Of a stretch of 64,000 bases of DNA, positions 44,569 through 56,169 are shown piece after piece (the stretch's first letter is position 1; the number at the start of each line of letters is the position of its first letter). This DNA is from Candidatus Raskinella chloraquaticus (lineage in GTDB: Bacteria; Pseudomonadota; Alphaproteobacteria; Rhizobiales; UBA4765). Under the pieces are notes generated by a model that saw nothing but the letters and a program-made list of their open reading frames with translations, did no database searches and had not been told where the DNA came from. Both the position numbers and the translations under genes were made by a program. The stretch lies in the NCBI GenBank assembly GCA_002365175.1, contig DEZK01000012.1, forward strand, positions 3,330-67,329. Reading direction: 5' to 3'.

Positions 44569-47500
44569 ATGCGGGACGACGAAGCAAGCAAGGTCAAACT
44601 GATCGCCGACAGCAGCAAGTTGGCCGCAAAGCTGTGCGACGCCCCGCCAGCCTTTGTCCGAACGCTTTTCAAGAGAGCTGCGGCCGAAGACATCCTGGTT
44701 TATTCGCCGCAGGACCTCGCCTCCCTCATCGCCACCAGCTGGCGAAATCTCAAGAAGCGCACGGCTGGAAAGCCGGTGATTTCCGTTTTCAACACCGGAG
44801 CCGAGGGCAGCCCGCTCGCGGCGGTGACGGTCATCGAGATCCTCAACGACAACATGCCCTTCCTGCTCGATTCGCTGATGGCCGAGATCACGGAAGCAGG
44901 CCATGAAATCCGCTTTGTTGTGCATCCTATTCTGCGCGTTGGACGCAGCGAATCAGGCGTTTTGAAGCGGCTTGCCGGCAGCGATGACGAGACGCCCGAT
45001 ATCCGGCAGGAAAGCCTCATTCATCTCCATATCGAGCGCCTTGACGAGGCGGCGCTGACGCGCCTGCGCGATGAGCTGGCAACCACGCTGCGCGATGTGC
45101 GCCTTGTCGTCACCGACTGGAAGCCGATGATGGGTCGCGTCCAGCGCGTCGTTGAAGAACTCAAACGCGTACCACCACCCTTGCCGGTCGGCGAATTGAG
45201 CGAGGCCATTCATTTTCTCGAATGGCTGATCGGCAATAATTTCACCTTCCTTGGTCTGCGCGAATACGTCGTCGATGGCCGCGGTGCGCGCAGCAAGCTT
45301 GCGCCCATGAACAATAGTGGCCTTGGCCTGCTGCGCGATCCAGCCGTCGGCCTGCTGCGACGGGGCCGCGAACCGGTGACGATGACACCTGAATTGCGTG
45401 ATTTCCTCAGCCAGCCGCGCTCGCTCATCATCACCAAGGCCAATCTGCGCTCGCGTGTGCACCGCCGCACCCATCTCGATTATGTCGGCGTCAAGCTTTT
45501 CGACCCCAAGGGCAATCTCACCGGCGAGTTGCGTATCTGCGGCCTCTTCACCTCAACCGCCTATACCGGCGCCGCTCACGCCATCCCCTATCTGCGGCGC
45601 AAGGTCGAGAAGGTGATTTCGCAGAGCGGTTTTGATCCGCAGAGCCATTCGGGCAAGGCGCTGGTCAACATTATCGAGCAATTTCCCCGCGATGAGCTGT
45701 TCCAGATCGACGAGGAAACGCTGTCGACCTTCGCCCAGCGCATTCTCCAGCTCGATGAGCGCCCGCGCGTGCGCGTGCTGCTGCGTGCCGACAAATTCGA
45801 CCGCTTCCAGTCTGTCCTCGTCTACCTGCCGCGTGACCGCTACACGACAACGACACGCCTGGAGATCGGCAAGATGCTGGCAGAACGGCTGAGCGGGCGC
45901 GTGTCATCGTGGACGGCCGATTATCCCGAAGGCCCGCTCGCCCGACTGCATTTCATTATCGGCCGGCGCGATGTGCCGTTCACCACCAGCGATGCCGGTA
46001 CACTTGAGACGGCGATCTCGGCGATCCTTAAAACCTGGCGTGACAGCCTCGCCGACGATCTCATGGCGCAATACCCGCCAGCCCGGGCCCGCGCCCTGCG
46101 CGCCCGCTATCAGGATGCGTTCGGTGCCGCCTACAGCGATATCCATACGCCCGCTGAAGCGGTCGACGATATCCGTATCCTCGAGCGTCTGCATGAGGGC
46201 AGGGAACTGGCGATCAGCTTCTACAAGCCGGACGGCGCGCCTGCCCACGAGCTTGGCCTGAAGCTTTTCCATCGCGGCGGGGCGATCGCGCTGTCAACGC
46301 GCGTGCCGCTGCTCGAAGCGATGGGGTTCAAGTCAATCGAGGAATATTCGGTCGACATCATGCCGCAGGGCGACACCAAGGACCCGGTGACGCTTCACGA
46401 TGTGCGCCTGTCGCGCGGCAGCGACCAGACAAGCGACTTCGCGCCATATTATGACAAGCTCGAAGCCCTGTTCATGGCTGTATGGCAGGGTCGCGCCGAA
46501 AGTGATGGCTTCAACGAACTGGTGGTGACAGCCGGCCTCTCCTGGCGGGAGATTGCGCTTGTGCGCGCCATTGCCCGTTATCTGCGGCAGGCACGCCTCC
46601 TCTATTCTCAGGACTATATGTGGGCGACCCTGGTCAAGCATGCGGTCGTTGCGGCCGATCTCGTCGCGCTCTTTTCAACCCGCTTCGGGCCGCTGCCCGG
46701 CGCCAGCCTGAACGCCCGCTCAGCCCGCCAGGAGGCGATCACGGCGCGCATTCTGGGTCGACTTGCCCATGTCGACAGCCTGGACGAGGACCGCATCCTG
46801 CGCCGCTTCCTCAACGTCATTCAATCGATGCTGCGCACCAATTACTACCAGCTCGACGACAACGGCCTGCCCAAGGCGACGATTGCCTTCAAGCTCGATT
46901 CGCAGAAGCTTGATCAGCTTCCAGCCCCGCGCCCGTTGGTGGAGATTTCCGTCTATTCGCCGCGCGTCGAGGGCGTTCACCTGCGCTTTGGCAAGATCGC
47001 CCGCGGCGGCATCCGCTGGTCCGACCGTCCGCAGGATTTCCGCACCGAGGTCCTGGCGCTGGTGAAAGCCCAGCAGGTGAAGAACGCGGTGATCGTTCCC
47101 GTCGGCGCCAAGGGCGGCTTTGTTCCCAAGCATTTGCCACCAGCCTCGGACCGCCAGGCCTGGCTTGCCGAGGGCACGGGCGCCTATCAGGATTTCATCG
47201 CCGCCCTCCTCGACCTCACCGATAATATCGATGTCAGCGGCAAGACGGTTGTCCGCCCCAATATCGTCCGCTGGGACGGCGATGATCCCTATCTCGTGGT
47301 TGCAGCCGACAAGGGCACCGCCACCTTCTCCGATACGGCAAACGCCATTTCGGCGCGCTATAACCACTGGCTGGGCGATGCCTTCGCCTCGGGTGGCTCG
47401 GTTGGCTATGATCACAAGAAAATGGGCATCACCGCGCGTGGCGCCTGGGAAGCGGTGAAGCGCCATTTCCGTGAAGGCGATGTCGATATCCAGTCAACAC

Positions 47501-49377
47501 CCTTCACCGTCGCCGGCGTGGGCGACATGTCGGGGGACGTCTTCGGCAACGGTATGTTGCTGTCAACCAAGATCAGGCTGGTGGCCGCCTTCGACCACCG
47601 CGACATCTTCCTCGATCCGTCCCCCGACCCGGCCAAAAGCCATGCCGAGCGCCAGCGTCTGTTCAATCTGCCGCGCTCCTCATGGGCCGATTATGACAAG
47701 CGCCTCATCAGTGCGGGCGGCGGCATCTTTCCGCGCAGCGCCAAATCAATCTCGCTGTCGCCGGAAATCCGCGCGCTGCTTGATATCGCCAAGGCGGAGG
47801 CGACCCCCCAGGAGGTGATGACCGCCATCCTGCGCGCCCGCGTTGACCTCCTGTGGTTTGGCGGTATCGGCACCTACATCCGTGCCGCCGGCGAGAGCAA
47901 TGAGGAAGCGGGTGATCGCGCCAATGATGCGATCCGCATCCTTGCAACTGACTTGCGCTGCAAGGCGATCGGCGAGGGTGCCAATCTCGGCATGACACAG
48001 CGTGCCCGCATCGAGGCGGCAGGTCAGGGTATCCGGCTCAATACCGACGCCATCGACAATTCAGCCGGCGTCAACACCTCCGACGTCGAGGTCAACATCA
48101 AGATCGCGCTGGGAGCGGTCGTGCGTGCGGGCAAATTGACCGAGAAGACCCGCAACACGCTTCTGGCCAGCATGACCGATGAAGTTGGCGCGCTGGTGCT
48201 GCGCAACAACTACCTGCAATCGCTCGCGCTCTCCCTGGCCGAGCGGCGTGGTGCAGAGGACCTTGGCTTTGCCCGCCGCCTGATGCGCAATCTCGAACAG
48301 GAGGGACGGCTCGACCGGGCCGTTGAATACCTGCCGCAGGACTGGGTGATCGATGAGCGCGCGAGACAGGGCAAGGGGCTGACGCGGCCTGAACTCGCGG
48401 TGCTTCTGGCCTATGCCAAATTATCGCTCTTTGACCGTCTGCTGGATAGCCCGGTGCCTGATGACGCCTATCTTGGCAAGGAGCTGGCGCGTTATTTTCC
48501 CGTTGACCTCACGCAGCGCTACGCAAGCTTCATTGAAGGTCACCGGCTGCGTCGCGAAATCATCGCCACCATGCTGTCGAACTCGATCATCAATCGCGGA
48601 GGGCCAACGCTGGTGCCGCGGATCGTCGACCAGACCGGTGCCAGCGCTGCCGATATCGCCGCAGCCTTCGCTGCAGTGCGCGATTCCTTCAAGTTCACGG
48701 CTCTTAACACCGACATTGATCGTCTCGACACGATCATCCCCGGCCAGTTGCAACTCGGCCTTTATGCCGACATTCAAAGCGTCATGATCGATCGCATCGT
48801 CTGGTTCCTGCGCAACGCTGCGCTCGACAGGGGATTGACGATTGTGATCGACCGCTTCGGCAAGGCGGTTGATGCGGGCGCTGGTTTTCTTGCGAAAATT
48901 CTGCCCGAGGCGGATGCCGAGCGGTTCAGTGCCCGCAAGGCGGAACTGGTCGGCTATCACGTGCCGCCCGTGCTCGCTGCACGGCTCGCCGCCTTGCCCT
49001 ACCTTGCCCTTATGCCCGACGTCGTGCTGGTTGCCGATGCAACCCGCAAGGATCTGGACGTGGCCGCGCGCACGTTCTTTGCCGTCAGCGCCCATTTCCG
49101 TCTGGGTGAGATCGCTGCCCGCGCCGGAACGCTGGCGACCCCGGATTACTACAGCCGCCTGGCGCTTGATCGCGCTTTGTCGGATCTCTCAACCGCCGCG
49201 CGGCGCATCGCGGCCGCGGTGCTGAAAGCCGGCGGTATGGCAGGCTGGGCAAAACGCACCGGCCCGGCGGTCGAACGCACCCACAATGCCGTGAGCGACA
49301 TTGCCGGAGGCGGCGATCTGTCGGTCGCCAAGCTTGCTGTCGCCGCCGGTCTGCTGGGGGATCTCGCCGGGAACTGA
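44569..49377 (+). CDS. gdhB: NAD-specific glutamate dehydrogenase, large (about 180 kDa) class
   Basis: The 1602-aa product starts at ATG 44569 after GGGGAGG. Similarity to Bac_GDH extends along the whole length (..RGGIRWSDRPQDFRTEVLALVKAQQVKNAVIVPVGAKGGF..). Confidence 0.92.
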   Translation: MRDDEASKVKLIADSSKLAAKLCDAPPAFVRTLFKRAAAEDILVYSPQDLASLIATSWRNLKKRTAGKPVISVFNTGAEGSPLAAVTVIEILNDNMPFLLDSLMAEITEAGHEIRFVVHPILRVGRSESGVLKRLAGSDDETPDIRQESLIHLHIERLDEAALTRLRDELATTLRDVRLVVTDWKPMMGRVQRVVEELKRVPPPLPVGELSEAIHFLEWLIGNNFTFLGLREYVVDGRGARSKLAPMNNSGLGLLRDPAVGLLRRGREPVTMTPELRDFLSQPRSLIITKANLRSRVHRRTHLDYVGVKLFDPKGNLTGELRICGLFTSTAYTGAAHAIPYLRRKVEKVISQSGFDPQSHSGKALVNIIEQFPRDELFQIDEETLSTFAQRILQLDERPRVRVLLRADKFDRFQSVLVYLPRDRYTTTTRLEIGKMLAERLSGRVSSWTADYPEGPLARLHFIIGRRDVPFTTSDAGTLETAISAILKTWRDSLADDLMAQYPPARARALRARYQDAFGAAYSDIHTPAEAVDDIRILERLHEGRELAISFYKPDGAPAHELGLKLFHRGGAIALSTRVPLLEAMGFKSIEEYSVDIMPQGDTKDPVTLHDVRLSRGSDQTSDFAPYYDKLEALFMAVWQGRAESDGFNELVVTAGLSWREIALVRAIARYLRQARLLYSQDYMWATLVKHAVVAADLVALFSTRFGPLPGASLNARSARQEAITARILGRLAHVDSLDEDRILRRFLNVIQSMLRTNYYQLDDNGLPKATIAFKLDSQKLDQLPAPRPLVEISVYSPRVEGVHLRFGKIARGGIRWSDRPQDFRTEVLALVKAQQVKNAVIVPVGAKGGFVPKHLPPASDRQAWLAEGTGAYQDFIAALLDLTDNIDVSGKTVVRPNIVRWDGDDPYLVVAADKGTATFSDTANAISARYNHWLGDAFASGGSVGYDHKKMGITARGAWEAVKRHFREGDVDIQSTPFTVAGVGDMSGDVFGNGMLLSTKIRLVAAFDHRDIFLDPSPDPAKSHAERQRLFNLPRSSWADYDKRLISAGGGIFPRSAKSISLSPEIRALLDIAKAEATPQEVMTAILRARVDLLWFGGIGTYIRAAGESNEEAGDRANDAIRILATDLRCKAIGEGANLGMTQRARIEAAGQGIRLNTDAIDNSAGVNTSDVEVNIKIALGAVVRAGKLTEKTRNTLLASMTDEVGALVLRNNYLQSLALSLAERRGAEDLGFARRLMRNLEQEGRLDRAVEYLPQDWVIDERARQGKGLTRPELAVLLAYAKLSLFDRLLDSPVPDDAYLGKELARYFPVDLTQRYASFIEGHRLRREIIATMLSNSIINRGGPTLVPRIVDQTGASAADIAAAFAAVRDSFKFTALNTDIDRLDTIIPGQLQLGLYADIQSVMIDRIVWFLRNAALDRGLTIVIDRFGKAVDAGAGFLAKILPEADAERFSARKAELVGYHVPPVLAARLAALPYLALMPDVVLVADATRKDLDVAARTFFAVSAHFRLGEIAARAGTLATPDYYSRLALDRALSDLSTAARRIAAAVLKAGGMAGWAKRTGPAVERTHNAVSDIAGGGDLSVAKLAVAAGLLGDLAGN

Positions 49378-49392
49378 CACGACCGGGTCAGC

Positions 49393-50985
49393 TCAATGCC
49401 GGAAGTGACGGGTGCCTGTGAAGACCATGGCAAGCCCGGCGGCATCGGCAGCAGCGATCACGTCTTTGTCGCGGATCGATCCACCAGGCTGGATGACGGC
49501 TGTCACGCCCGCTTGAATGAGGACATCAAGCCCGTCGGCGAAGGGGAAGAAGGCGTCGGATGCGGCAACAGACCCGCGCGTTGACAACGCCTCGTCACGA
49601 GCCGCGCTCACCGCATCGCGCGCTTTGCGAACGGCGCTCAGGGCCGAATCAACCCGGCTCATCTGCCCGGCGCCGATGCCGACCGTCGCGCCGTCCTTCG
49701 CATAGACGATAGCGTTCGATTTCACGTGCTTGGCGACGCGGGCAGCAAACACAAGATCGATCGTTTCACTGGTCGTTGGCGCGCGCCTCGTCACGACTTT
49801 AAGCCCATCGGCCTGCGCCGAGAGATGATCTCGCGTCTGCACCAGCATGCCGCCGGCGACCGATTTGAAACTTGTGCCGGCGGCGGCGGGATCGGGAAGC
49901 GCATCGGTGATCAGAAGGCGCAGATCCTTGCGGGTGGCAATGATGCGCCGCGCTTCCTCATCAGCACCCGGCGCGATGATGACCTCGGTGAAAATCTTGA
50001 TCATGGCGCTCGCCGCCGCGCCGTCGAGCGGGCGGTTGGCGGCGATGATGCCGCCGAAGGCCGAGACCGGATCGCAGGCAAGGGCCCGCTGATAGGCCTC
50101 CGCCAAAGTAGCACCCTGCGCCACGCCGCACGGATTGGCATGCTTGACGATGACAATCGCCGCAGTGCTGGCAGCGTCGAATTCAGCGACGCATTCGAAC
50201 GCAGCGTCCGTATCGTTGAGGTTGTTGTAGGACAGCTCCTTGCCATGGAGCTGGATGGCGCTTGCCACCCCGGCGCGAACCTCGCCAGTGCGGTAGAAGC
50301 CTGCCTGCTGGTGGGGATTTTCGCCATAGCGTAATTTCTGGATCAGCGGCCCGCCGAAAACGCGGCGCGAAGGCTCTGTGACGCCCAGCGCCGCATGCAT
50401 CCATTCGCCGATACGCGCATCGTAATGGGCGGTGCGGGCAAAGGCCTTGGCGGCCATCTCCTTGCGAAAGACGAGGCTCGTCCTGCCATGATGGGCATCC
50501 ATCTGCACTAGCAGTGCCTGATAATCCTCGATATCCGTCAAAACGACGACATGGTCATGATTTTTGGCTGCGGCGCGGATCATTGCCGGCCCGCCAATGT
50601 CGATATTCTCGACGATGTCGTCATAGGCCGCGCCCCGTGCCAGCGTCGCCTCGAAAGGATAAAGATCAATCACGGCCAGATCGATGGGGCGGATCCCGTG
50701 GTCCACCATCGCTGCCTCATGCGTGGCCTGCCCGCGTCTTGCCAGCAGGCCGCCATGGATCGCCGGGTGCAGGGTCTTCACCCGTCCATCCATCATTTCA
50801 GCCATCCCGGTGAGGTCGCTCACATCAGCAACGCTGAGCCCGCCTTCAATCAGGGCGCGGCGCGTGCCCCCCGTGGATACCAGCTCGACTCCCCGCTGCG
50901 ACAGACCCAGCGCCAATGCCAGCAGGCCATTCTTGTCGGACACCGACAAGATCGCCCGCCTGAGCGCAACCAAATCATCAGCCAT
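49393..50985 (-). CDS. purH: Bifunctional AICAR formyltransferase / IMP cyclohydrolase
   Basis: [25 protein letters not shown]...; the C-terminus ...[10 protein letters not shown] is canonical. The ATG at 50985 has AAGAGGTGG upstream. Confidence 0.95.
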   Translation of the reverse strand: MADDLVALRRAILSVSDKNGLLALALGLSQRGVELVSTGGTRRALIEGGLSVADVSDLTGMAEMMDGRVKTLHPAIHGGLLARRGQATHEAAMVDHGIRPIDLAVIDLYPFEATLARGAAYDDIVENIDIGGPAMIRAAAKNHDHVVVLTDIEDYQALLVQMDAHHGRTSLVFRKEMAAKAFARTAHYDARIGEWMHAALGVTEPSRRVFGGPLIQKLRYGENPHQQAGFYRTGEVRAGVASAIQLHGKELSYNNLNDTDAAFECVAEFDAASTAAIVIVKHANPCGVAQGATLAEAYQRALACDPVSAFGGIIAANRPLDGAAASAMIKIFTEVIIAPGADEEARRIIATRKDLRLLITDALPDPAAAGTSFKSVAGGMLVQTRDHLSAQADGLKVVTRRAPTTSETIDLVFAARVAKHVKSNAIVYAKDGATVGIGAGQMSRVDSALSAVRKARDAVSAARDEALSTRGSVAASDAFFPFADGLDVLIQAGVTAVIQPGGSIRDKDVIAAADAAGLAMVFTGTRHFRH

Positions 50986-51061
50986 CACCACCTCTTTCAC
51001 CAATCCTGTGTCGCTAACACGCTGTCATCGGGTTGCAAACCGGGCGCCCGGCTGCTGCCAG

Positions 51062-52762
51062 CTAGCTCGCCGATCCGGCCTTGAGCAGTGCAAAAAACCA
51101 TGAGATCGCCACATCGCGCCCGCTTTCGCCACGAATAACCAGCTGGGCACTGCGCGGCGCGCGGCCCATTTCACCGAGAAAGGCGGATTCCTCGATTTCC
51201 ACCCGCCCGCCAGGCACCCTGAACGCCCAGTAACTGCCGCCAGGCGTGGCAAGAATGACCGTGTCACCGGTATCAGCGAGGCTTGGACGGATATCGGGAT
51301 GGAGATGAAAGCGGATGGCGAAGGGATGGGTGTTTCGTCCCGACCAGGCGTTCAGCGCCTCCAGCCGGTCCTCGCCATCGAGCCGCCGCCCGTCCTGCGC
51401 GAGCCACAGGGTGCGCTGATGAATGAGGCCGAAGAGTTTGGCGTAGCCATCATGCGAGGCCGACACCATGGTGATTTCGCCATCCTTGGCCCTGACGACG
51501 GGAATATGGGTCGGACCGGCGTCAAGAATTTCGCGCCCGGCGAAGCGGATGATCCGGCTTGAGGTCCGGTCATCGACGGTCAATGTCGAATGGGCGGCTG
51601 TGCGCCGCGTGAAATGGCGCCAGGGCGCGCGCTGATAAGCGGGAATGCCGCAATTGACGACCAGCCTTTCACCCTGGGCTGAAAATTCGAAGGCAAGCGT
51701 GCCGGCATGCGCCTCCGCCGCATTGCGCGCCGGTGGCGTAAAGCCACAATCGAGGATGAGGGCACCGCCGGGTGCTTCCAGACGCTGATAGCCCGAACCC
51801 TGCGCTTCGAGCGCCGGGCGCCCCCCTACATCATCGCTTCCCAGCACATTGGCGAGCGTCTCGCTGTCAGTTGGCCCCATGCCGTTCATCATCACCAGCG
51901 CCCCATCGGGATGGCTGAAGAAACGCAGCATCGGCAGCATGCGCTCGACCGCCAGCAGCAGCCCGCTCGGTGGCGGCACTTCGCGTGTCACATAAAGATC
52001 GCGCAGGGGAATGAGGGCAACCAGCAACTCCAGCACTGCTTCGGGGTTGCGCGACACATGACCGCCATCGGTATAGAGATCGCGACCCAGCACACGCTCG
52101 AGCTTTTTGCTGAAATAGGCAAGCGAGGCTGGCAGGGGGTCGATGACGAGGTGTGCCTGGGTGACGGCGACAAGCGCCAGAATCTCGTCGCGGCTTGAAC
52201 TTGCAAGCCCAAGCCAAACCCCGTTGCGCAGATAGGCCACATGATCGGCGATCATGTGACGAAATCGCGTATAGAAGCTGCGGTCAGCCCCGCCCAGAAG
52301 GAGGGGCGCGTCGCTGAGGATGGCAATCAGGCGGGTTGACGCGAGCGGCAATGTCCACGCCTTGCTGCGGACGTTCATGCGCACCCAGCTGTCGACGAGA
52401 AGGCGAGCCATGCTCTCCGCCTCGCCGCCCTCGATTGCCGCGAGGTCGCGCAGCCATGCAAAGCCATGGATATAGCTTGCCCAATCGGCAGTCGGCGGGG
52501 CGAGCGCCAGAGCTTCGCTCGCTTCATTCTCGATGATCCGGCCGGCAACCGTGAATTTGCCGGCAAGCAACGACTCGCCGCGCCGCAAATTTCCCGCCCG
52601 CAGCGGATTGGGAACCGCGACCATCGGCGCCGACGGCGACCAGCCATGCATCATGCGCCGCAGCGGGCCTTGTGCCGCTGCCGCCACGAACCCGCGCACG
52701 ACATCCCCCAGCACCTGGCGGCGAACGCTCCTCGCCCCTGCTTCGCTCTTTGCCCTTGCCAT
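51062..52762 (-). CDS. Heparinase II/III-family protein
   Basis: NPLRAGNLRRGESLLAGKFTVAGRII... and FAWLRDL motifs. Its position between rsmB and purH recurs in alphaproteobacteria (recollection). The ATG at 52762 is preferred to the TTG at 52780. Confidence 0.75.
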   Translation of the reverse strand: MARAKSEAGARSVRRQVLGDVVRGFVAAAAQGPLRRMMHGWSPSAPMVAVPNPLRAGNLRRGESLLAGKFTVAGRIIENEASEALALAPPTADWASYIHGFAWLRDLAAIEGGEAESMARLLVDSWVRMNVRSKAWTLPLASTRLIAILSDAPLLLGGADRSFYTRFRHMIADHVAYLRNGVWLGLASSSRDEILALVAVTQAHLVIDPLPASLAYFSKKLERVLGRDLYTDGGHVSRNPEAVLELLVALIPLRDLYVTREVPPPSGLLLAVERMLPMLRFFSHPDGALVMMNGMGPTDSETLANVLGSDDVGGRPALEAQGSGYQRLEAPGGALILDCGFTPPARNAAEAHAGTLAFEFSAQGERLVVNCGIPAYQRAPWRHFTRRTAAHSTLTVDDRTSSRIIRFAGREILDAGPTHIPVVRAKDGEITMVSASHDGYAKLFGLIHQRTLWLAQDGRRLDGEDRLEALNAWSGRNTHPFAIRFHLHPDIRPSLADTGDTVILATPGGSYWAFRVPGGRVEIEESAFLGEMGRAPRSAQLVIRGESGRDVAISWFFALLKAGSAS

Positions 52763-52786
52763 ACTCTTCCGTTTCGGCAACCCGGC

Positions 52787-54112
52787 TCAATCCTGCGCTA
52801 TTTTGCGCAGCCGGGCGACAAAGAATCCATCGATACCCCCATCCTCTTTGAGCATATCGGGGCGGCTGCGCAGCGTGCCCACGCCGGCAACCATGTCGCT
52901 AAAGCCGCCGATCTCGTCCGGCGCGATCGGGTCAAGGGCAAAGCCACGGTTGCGGACGAGAAAGGATGTCACCTGCTGCTCACCCTCTTCCGGTTCAAGC
53001 GAACAGGTGGAATAAATCAGCAGGCCGCCATCGCCGACCTGCGCCGCCGCGCGATCCAGCATTGCCGCCTGCTGGCGCGCGAGCGTGGCGATATCGCTTT
53101 CGCGCTTCAGCCATGCGACGTCGGGATGGCGGCGCAGCGTACCCGTTGCCGAGCACGGCGCGTCGAGAAGAACGACATCGTAAGGCCCGCCAAGGTCGAC
53201 CTCCATCATGTCGCGCACCACCGGCTGAACCTTGAGGTGCAGCCGGTCCATATTACGCATGAGGCGCGCCAGCCGCGCCGGGTCGCGGTCAACCGCCGTT
53301 ACTTTGGCGCCCCGGGCAGCCAGCGCCGCAGTCTTGCCGCCGGGTGCAGCACACAGATCAAGGACGCTCGCGCCCTTGAGCGCGCCTGCCGCCAGCACCA
53401 CCAGCAAGGCTGCCGCGTCCTGCACCCACCACGCGCCCTCCTCATAACCCGGGAGCGCTGAAATCGGACCTGAATGGCTGGTGAGGCGGATGGTCCCCTG
53501 CGGCAGGAGTTTGCCACCGAGTGTGTCGGCCCATGCTTTGGCGTTGGAGCGCGCCGTCACATCAAGTGGTGGCTCGCTCAGTTGAGCGGCGGCCATCGCC
53601 TCGGTGACGTCCGCCCCGTAGGCCCTCATCCACCGCGCCATCAGCCATGGCGGGAGATTGGCCAGGGGTTGTGCCGCCGGCTTCTCCTCACGTGTGATGG
53701 CCCGCAAGACCGCATTGACAAGGCCGGTGAAGTGGCCTGCGTCCTTGTCCTCGCGGGCAAGGCGCACCGCCTGGTCAACGGCGGCGTGTTCGGCGACATC
53801 CATATACAAAAGCTGGGCAGCGGCACAGGCGAGAATGGCCTTGAGCGGCCCACCGCGCGACGGCCAGCCGCGCGCCAGATGGCCTTCCACAAGGGCAAGG
53901 ACCTCGCCAAGACGCTGCATGGTGGTCCGCGCAAGGGCGGTTGCAAAGGCGCGGTCGCGGGGCTCGAGCCGTGCCAGCCCGGGGTCGCTTTCCATAGCCT
54001 CATCCAGGCGCTCATGCCGGTTCAGCACCGCGTCGATGGCGCCAACCGCCACCCGGCGCGCGGCAAGGCCCGGTATTTCGGGTAATTGATGACGTTCGGC
54101 CTTGATGCGCAT
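52787..54112 (-). CDS. rsmB: 16S rRNA (cytosine-C5)-methyltransferase RsmB/Sun
   Basis: The NusB-like N-terminus is followed by SAM motifs VLDLCAAPGGKT and LLDAPCSATGTLRRHPD. The ATG is at 54112. Confidence 0.9.
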   Translation of the reverse strand: MRIKAERHQLPEIPGLAARRVAVGAIDAVLNRHERLDEAMESDPGLARLEPRDRAFATALARTTMQRLGEVLALVEGHLARGWPSRGGPLKAILACAAAQLLYMDVAEHAAVDQAVRLAREDKDAGHFTGLVNAVLRAITREEKPAAQPLANLPPWLMARWMRAYGADVTEAMAAAQLSEPPLDVTARSNAKAWADTLGGKLLPQGTIRLTSHSGPISALPGYEEGAWWVQDAAALLVVLAAGALKGASVLDLCAAPGGKTAALAARGAKVTAVDRDPARLARLMRNMDRLHLKVQPVVRDMMEVDLGGPYDVVLLDAPCSATGTLRRHPDVAWLKRESDIATLARQQAAMLDRAAAQVGDGGLLIYSTCSLEPEEGEQQVTSFLVRNRGFALDPIAPDEIGGFSDMVAGVGTLRSRPDMLKEDGGIDGFFVARLRKIAQD

Positions 54113-54167
54113 GTCGATCGCCCCTGCCCTGCTTGACTTGCGTGAGTGGCGAGGCTTATCCCCAATC

Positions 54168-54383
54168 ATGGACAATGGAAACGTCAAAGACACACCGTCC
54201 GCAACTCCGGCGCGGTCCGTAAACCCGACGCCAGCCGCCCAACGCGCCCTTGCCGAGGCCGAAGCCCGCCGCCGTGAGGCAGCACTCGTGCCCTCCGCGC
54301 CAGGCGAGATCAATGGCCGAGGTGGTCTTGATCCGGCCCGCTTTGGCGATTGGGAAGTGAACGGTATCGCCTGTGATTTCTAG
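54168..54383 (+). CDS. DUF1674-family small protein (SDHAF4-like)
   Basis: The C-terminus ...EINGRGGLDPARFGDWEVNGIACDF matches the DUF1674 signature (GP.GxEPTRYGDWExKGRxxDF). Confidence 0.75.
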   Translation: MDNGNVKDTPSATPARSVNPTPAAQRALAEAEARRREAALVPSAPGEINGRGGLDPARFGDWEVNGIACDF

Positions 54384-54536
54384 CTGCGTCATTTTTGCAA
54401 CAAATTTATTTTCACACACGCCCCGCCGACGTCTAATCGCCGGCATTTGATCCTGATCAATTTCTTTTGTCGCCACCGGCTTCATGAATGCGACACGTCG
54501 TCGCGATGACATGCACTGTCGGCAAAGGAAAGCATC

Positions 54537-55232
54537 ATGAAAGCTGATTGGGTCGTAACCACCGCGCTGTTGGGCGCGCTCGCCACGACGCAGGCCATTG
54601 CGGCTGATCTTGCTGCCGGGCCGGAGGTTCCAGCAGCCGTCAAGGCCGAACCCGGACCCTGGCAGGTGCGCCTGCGCGGTATCTATGTGTTGCCGGAATT
54701 CAGCAACAGGACCTTGACGGTGAACGCAGCCCCGCTGGCCGGCGCGCGCATCGGGGTGACCGACAGCATCATCCCCGAACTCGACATCACCTACTATTTC
54801 ACCAAGAACATCGCCGCTGAATTGATCCTTGCCGTCACGCGCCACACCGCTTACGGCGCCGGCTCGATCTCTGCCCTTGGATCACTGGGCCGCTCCTGGC
54901 TGCTGCCACCGACGCTGACGCTGCAGTATCATTTCACTGATTTCGGAGCCTTCAAGCCCTATATCGGCGGTGGTATCAACTATACCTGGTTCTTCAATAC
55001 CAACTCGAACGCGCTGAGCAATTTCAGCCTGCGCGACAATGTCGGCTATGTCGCCCAATTTGGCTTCGACTACGCGCTCGATGATCATTGGGGATGGAAT
55101 GTCGATGTCAAGCGCGTATTCCTGCTGACGACCGCCAGTGGCAATCTGGGAGCCTCTAACGGGCCGCGGGTTACCGCACCTTTGCGCCTTGATCCCTGGC
55201 TGATCGGCACGGGTTTGACATATCGCTTCTAG
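54537..55232 (+). CDS. ompW: OmpW-family outer-membrane protein
   Basis: A signal peptide ends AIAA. Motifs are WQVRLRGIYV, PTLTLQYHF and YIGGGINYTWFF, with C-terminal GTGLTYRF. Confidence 0.9.
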   Translation: MKADWVVTTALLGALATTQAIAADLAAGPEVPAAVKAEPGPWQVRLRGIYVLPEFSNRTLTVNAAPLAGARIGVTDSIIPELDITYYFTKNIAAELILAVTRHTAYGAGSISALGSLGRSWLLPPTLTLQYHFTDFGAFKPYIGGGINYTWFFNTNSNALSNFSLRDNVGYVAQFGFDYALDDHWGWNVDVKRVFLLTTASGNLGASNGPRVTAPLRLDPWLIGTGLTYRF

Positions 55233-55272
55233 CCCACCCGGCAAAAATTGCGGCGCGAGCCGGTCAGCCGGT

Positions 55273-56169
55273 CTATCCGCGCAGCCAGGCGGAGCGCGGA
55301 AGGCGCAGACGTGCTTCTGCCGCATTCAGCGTATTGGCAAGAAGGCAGGCAACCGTCATCGGCCCCACACCGCCCGGCACGGGCGTGATGGCGCCGGCCA
55401 CATCTGCAACGCTCGCAAAGTCCACATCGCCGACGAGCCGGCTTTTGCCCTCACGCTCGATACGGTTGATCCCCACATCGATAATGGTGGCGCCGGGCTT
55501 GACGAAGTCCGCCGTGACAAATTCCCGCCGGCCGACGGCGGCAACCAGAATATCCGCGCGCTGGCATAGCTGCGCCAGGCCGCGGGTGCGCGAATGCGCC
55601 ATGGTAACGGTGGCGTTCTGCTGCAGCAGAAGAAGGGAAAGCGGTTTGCCGACCAGTGTGGAGCGACCGATGACAACGGCGTCCAGCCCGTCAAGCGTCG
55701 GATGGATCTGCGCCAGCAGCATCATCGCTCCAAGCGGCGTGCAGGGCACCAGCCCGGGCTGATCGGCAACCAGCCGCCCGGCGTTGATGGGATGAAGCCC
55801 GTCCACGTCCTTGGCTGGATCGATGGCGGCGATGAACTCCTGGGTACGCGCTCTCAGGCTGTCGGGCAGCGGCAATTGCAGCAAGATGCCGTCGACCGCT
55901 TCATCGCTGTTCAGCATCGCGATCTGCGCCAGAAGCGCTGCCGCGCTGACATCGGATGGCAGGCGGTACTCGAACGAGCGCATGCCAGCTTCAATCGTCT
56001 GTTTGCTTTTCGAGGCGACATAGACCTGGCTCGCCGGGTCATCGCCAACCAGAATGACCGCCAGTCCGGGCGCCCTGCCGCTGGCGGCGGTAAAGTTGTG
56101 AGCCGCCGCCGCAACCTGACGGCGCAGACGCTCGGCGAGGCTTTTTCCGTCGATCAGGCGGGCCGTCAT
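55273..56169 (-). CDS. folD: Bifunctional methylenetetrahydrofolate dehydrogenase/cyclohydrolase
   Basis: [16 protein letters not shown]...[18 protein letters not shown]...GGVGPMTVA. Confidence 0.95.
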   Translation of the reverse strand: MTARLIDGKSLAERLRRQVAAAAHNFTAASGRAPGLAVILVGDDPASQVYVASKSKQTIEAGMRSFEYRLPSDVSAAALLAQIAMLNSDEAVDGILLQLPLPDSLRARTQEFIAAIDPAKDVDGLHPINAGRLVADQPGLVPCTPLGAMMLLAQIHPTLDGLDAVVIGRSTLVGKPLSLLLLQQNATVTMAHSRTRGLAQLCQRADILVAAVGRREFVTADFVKPGATIIDVGINRIEREGKSRLVGDVDFASVADVAGAITPVPGGVGPMTVACLLANTLNAAEARLRLPRSAWLRG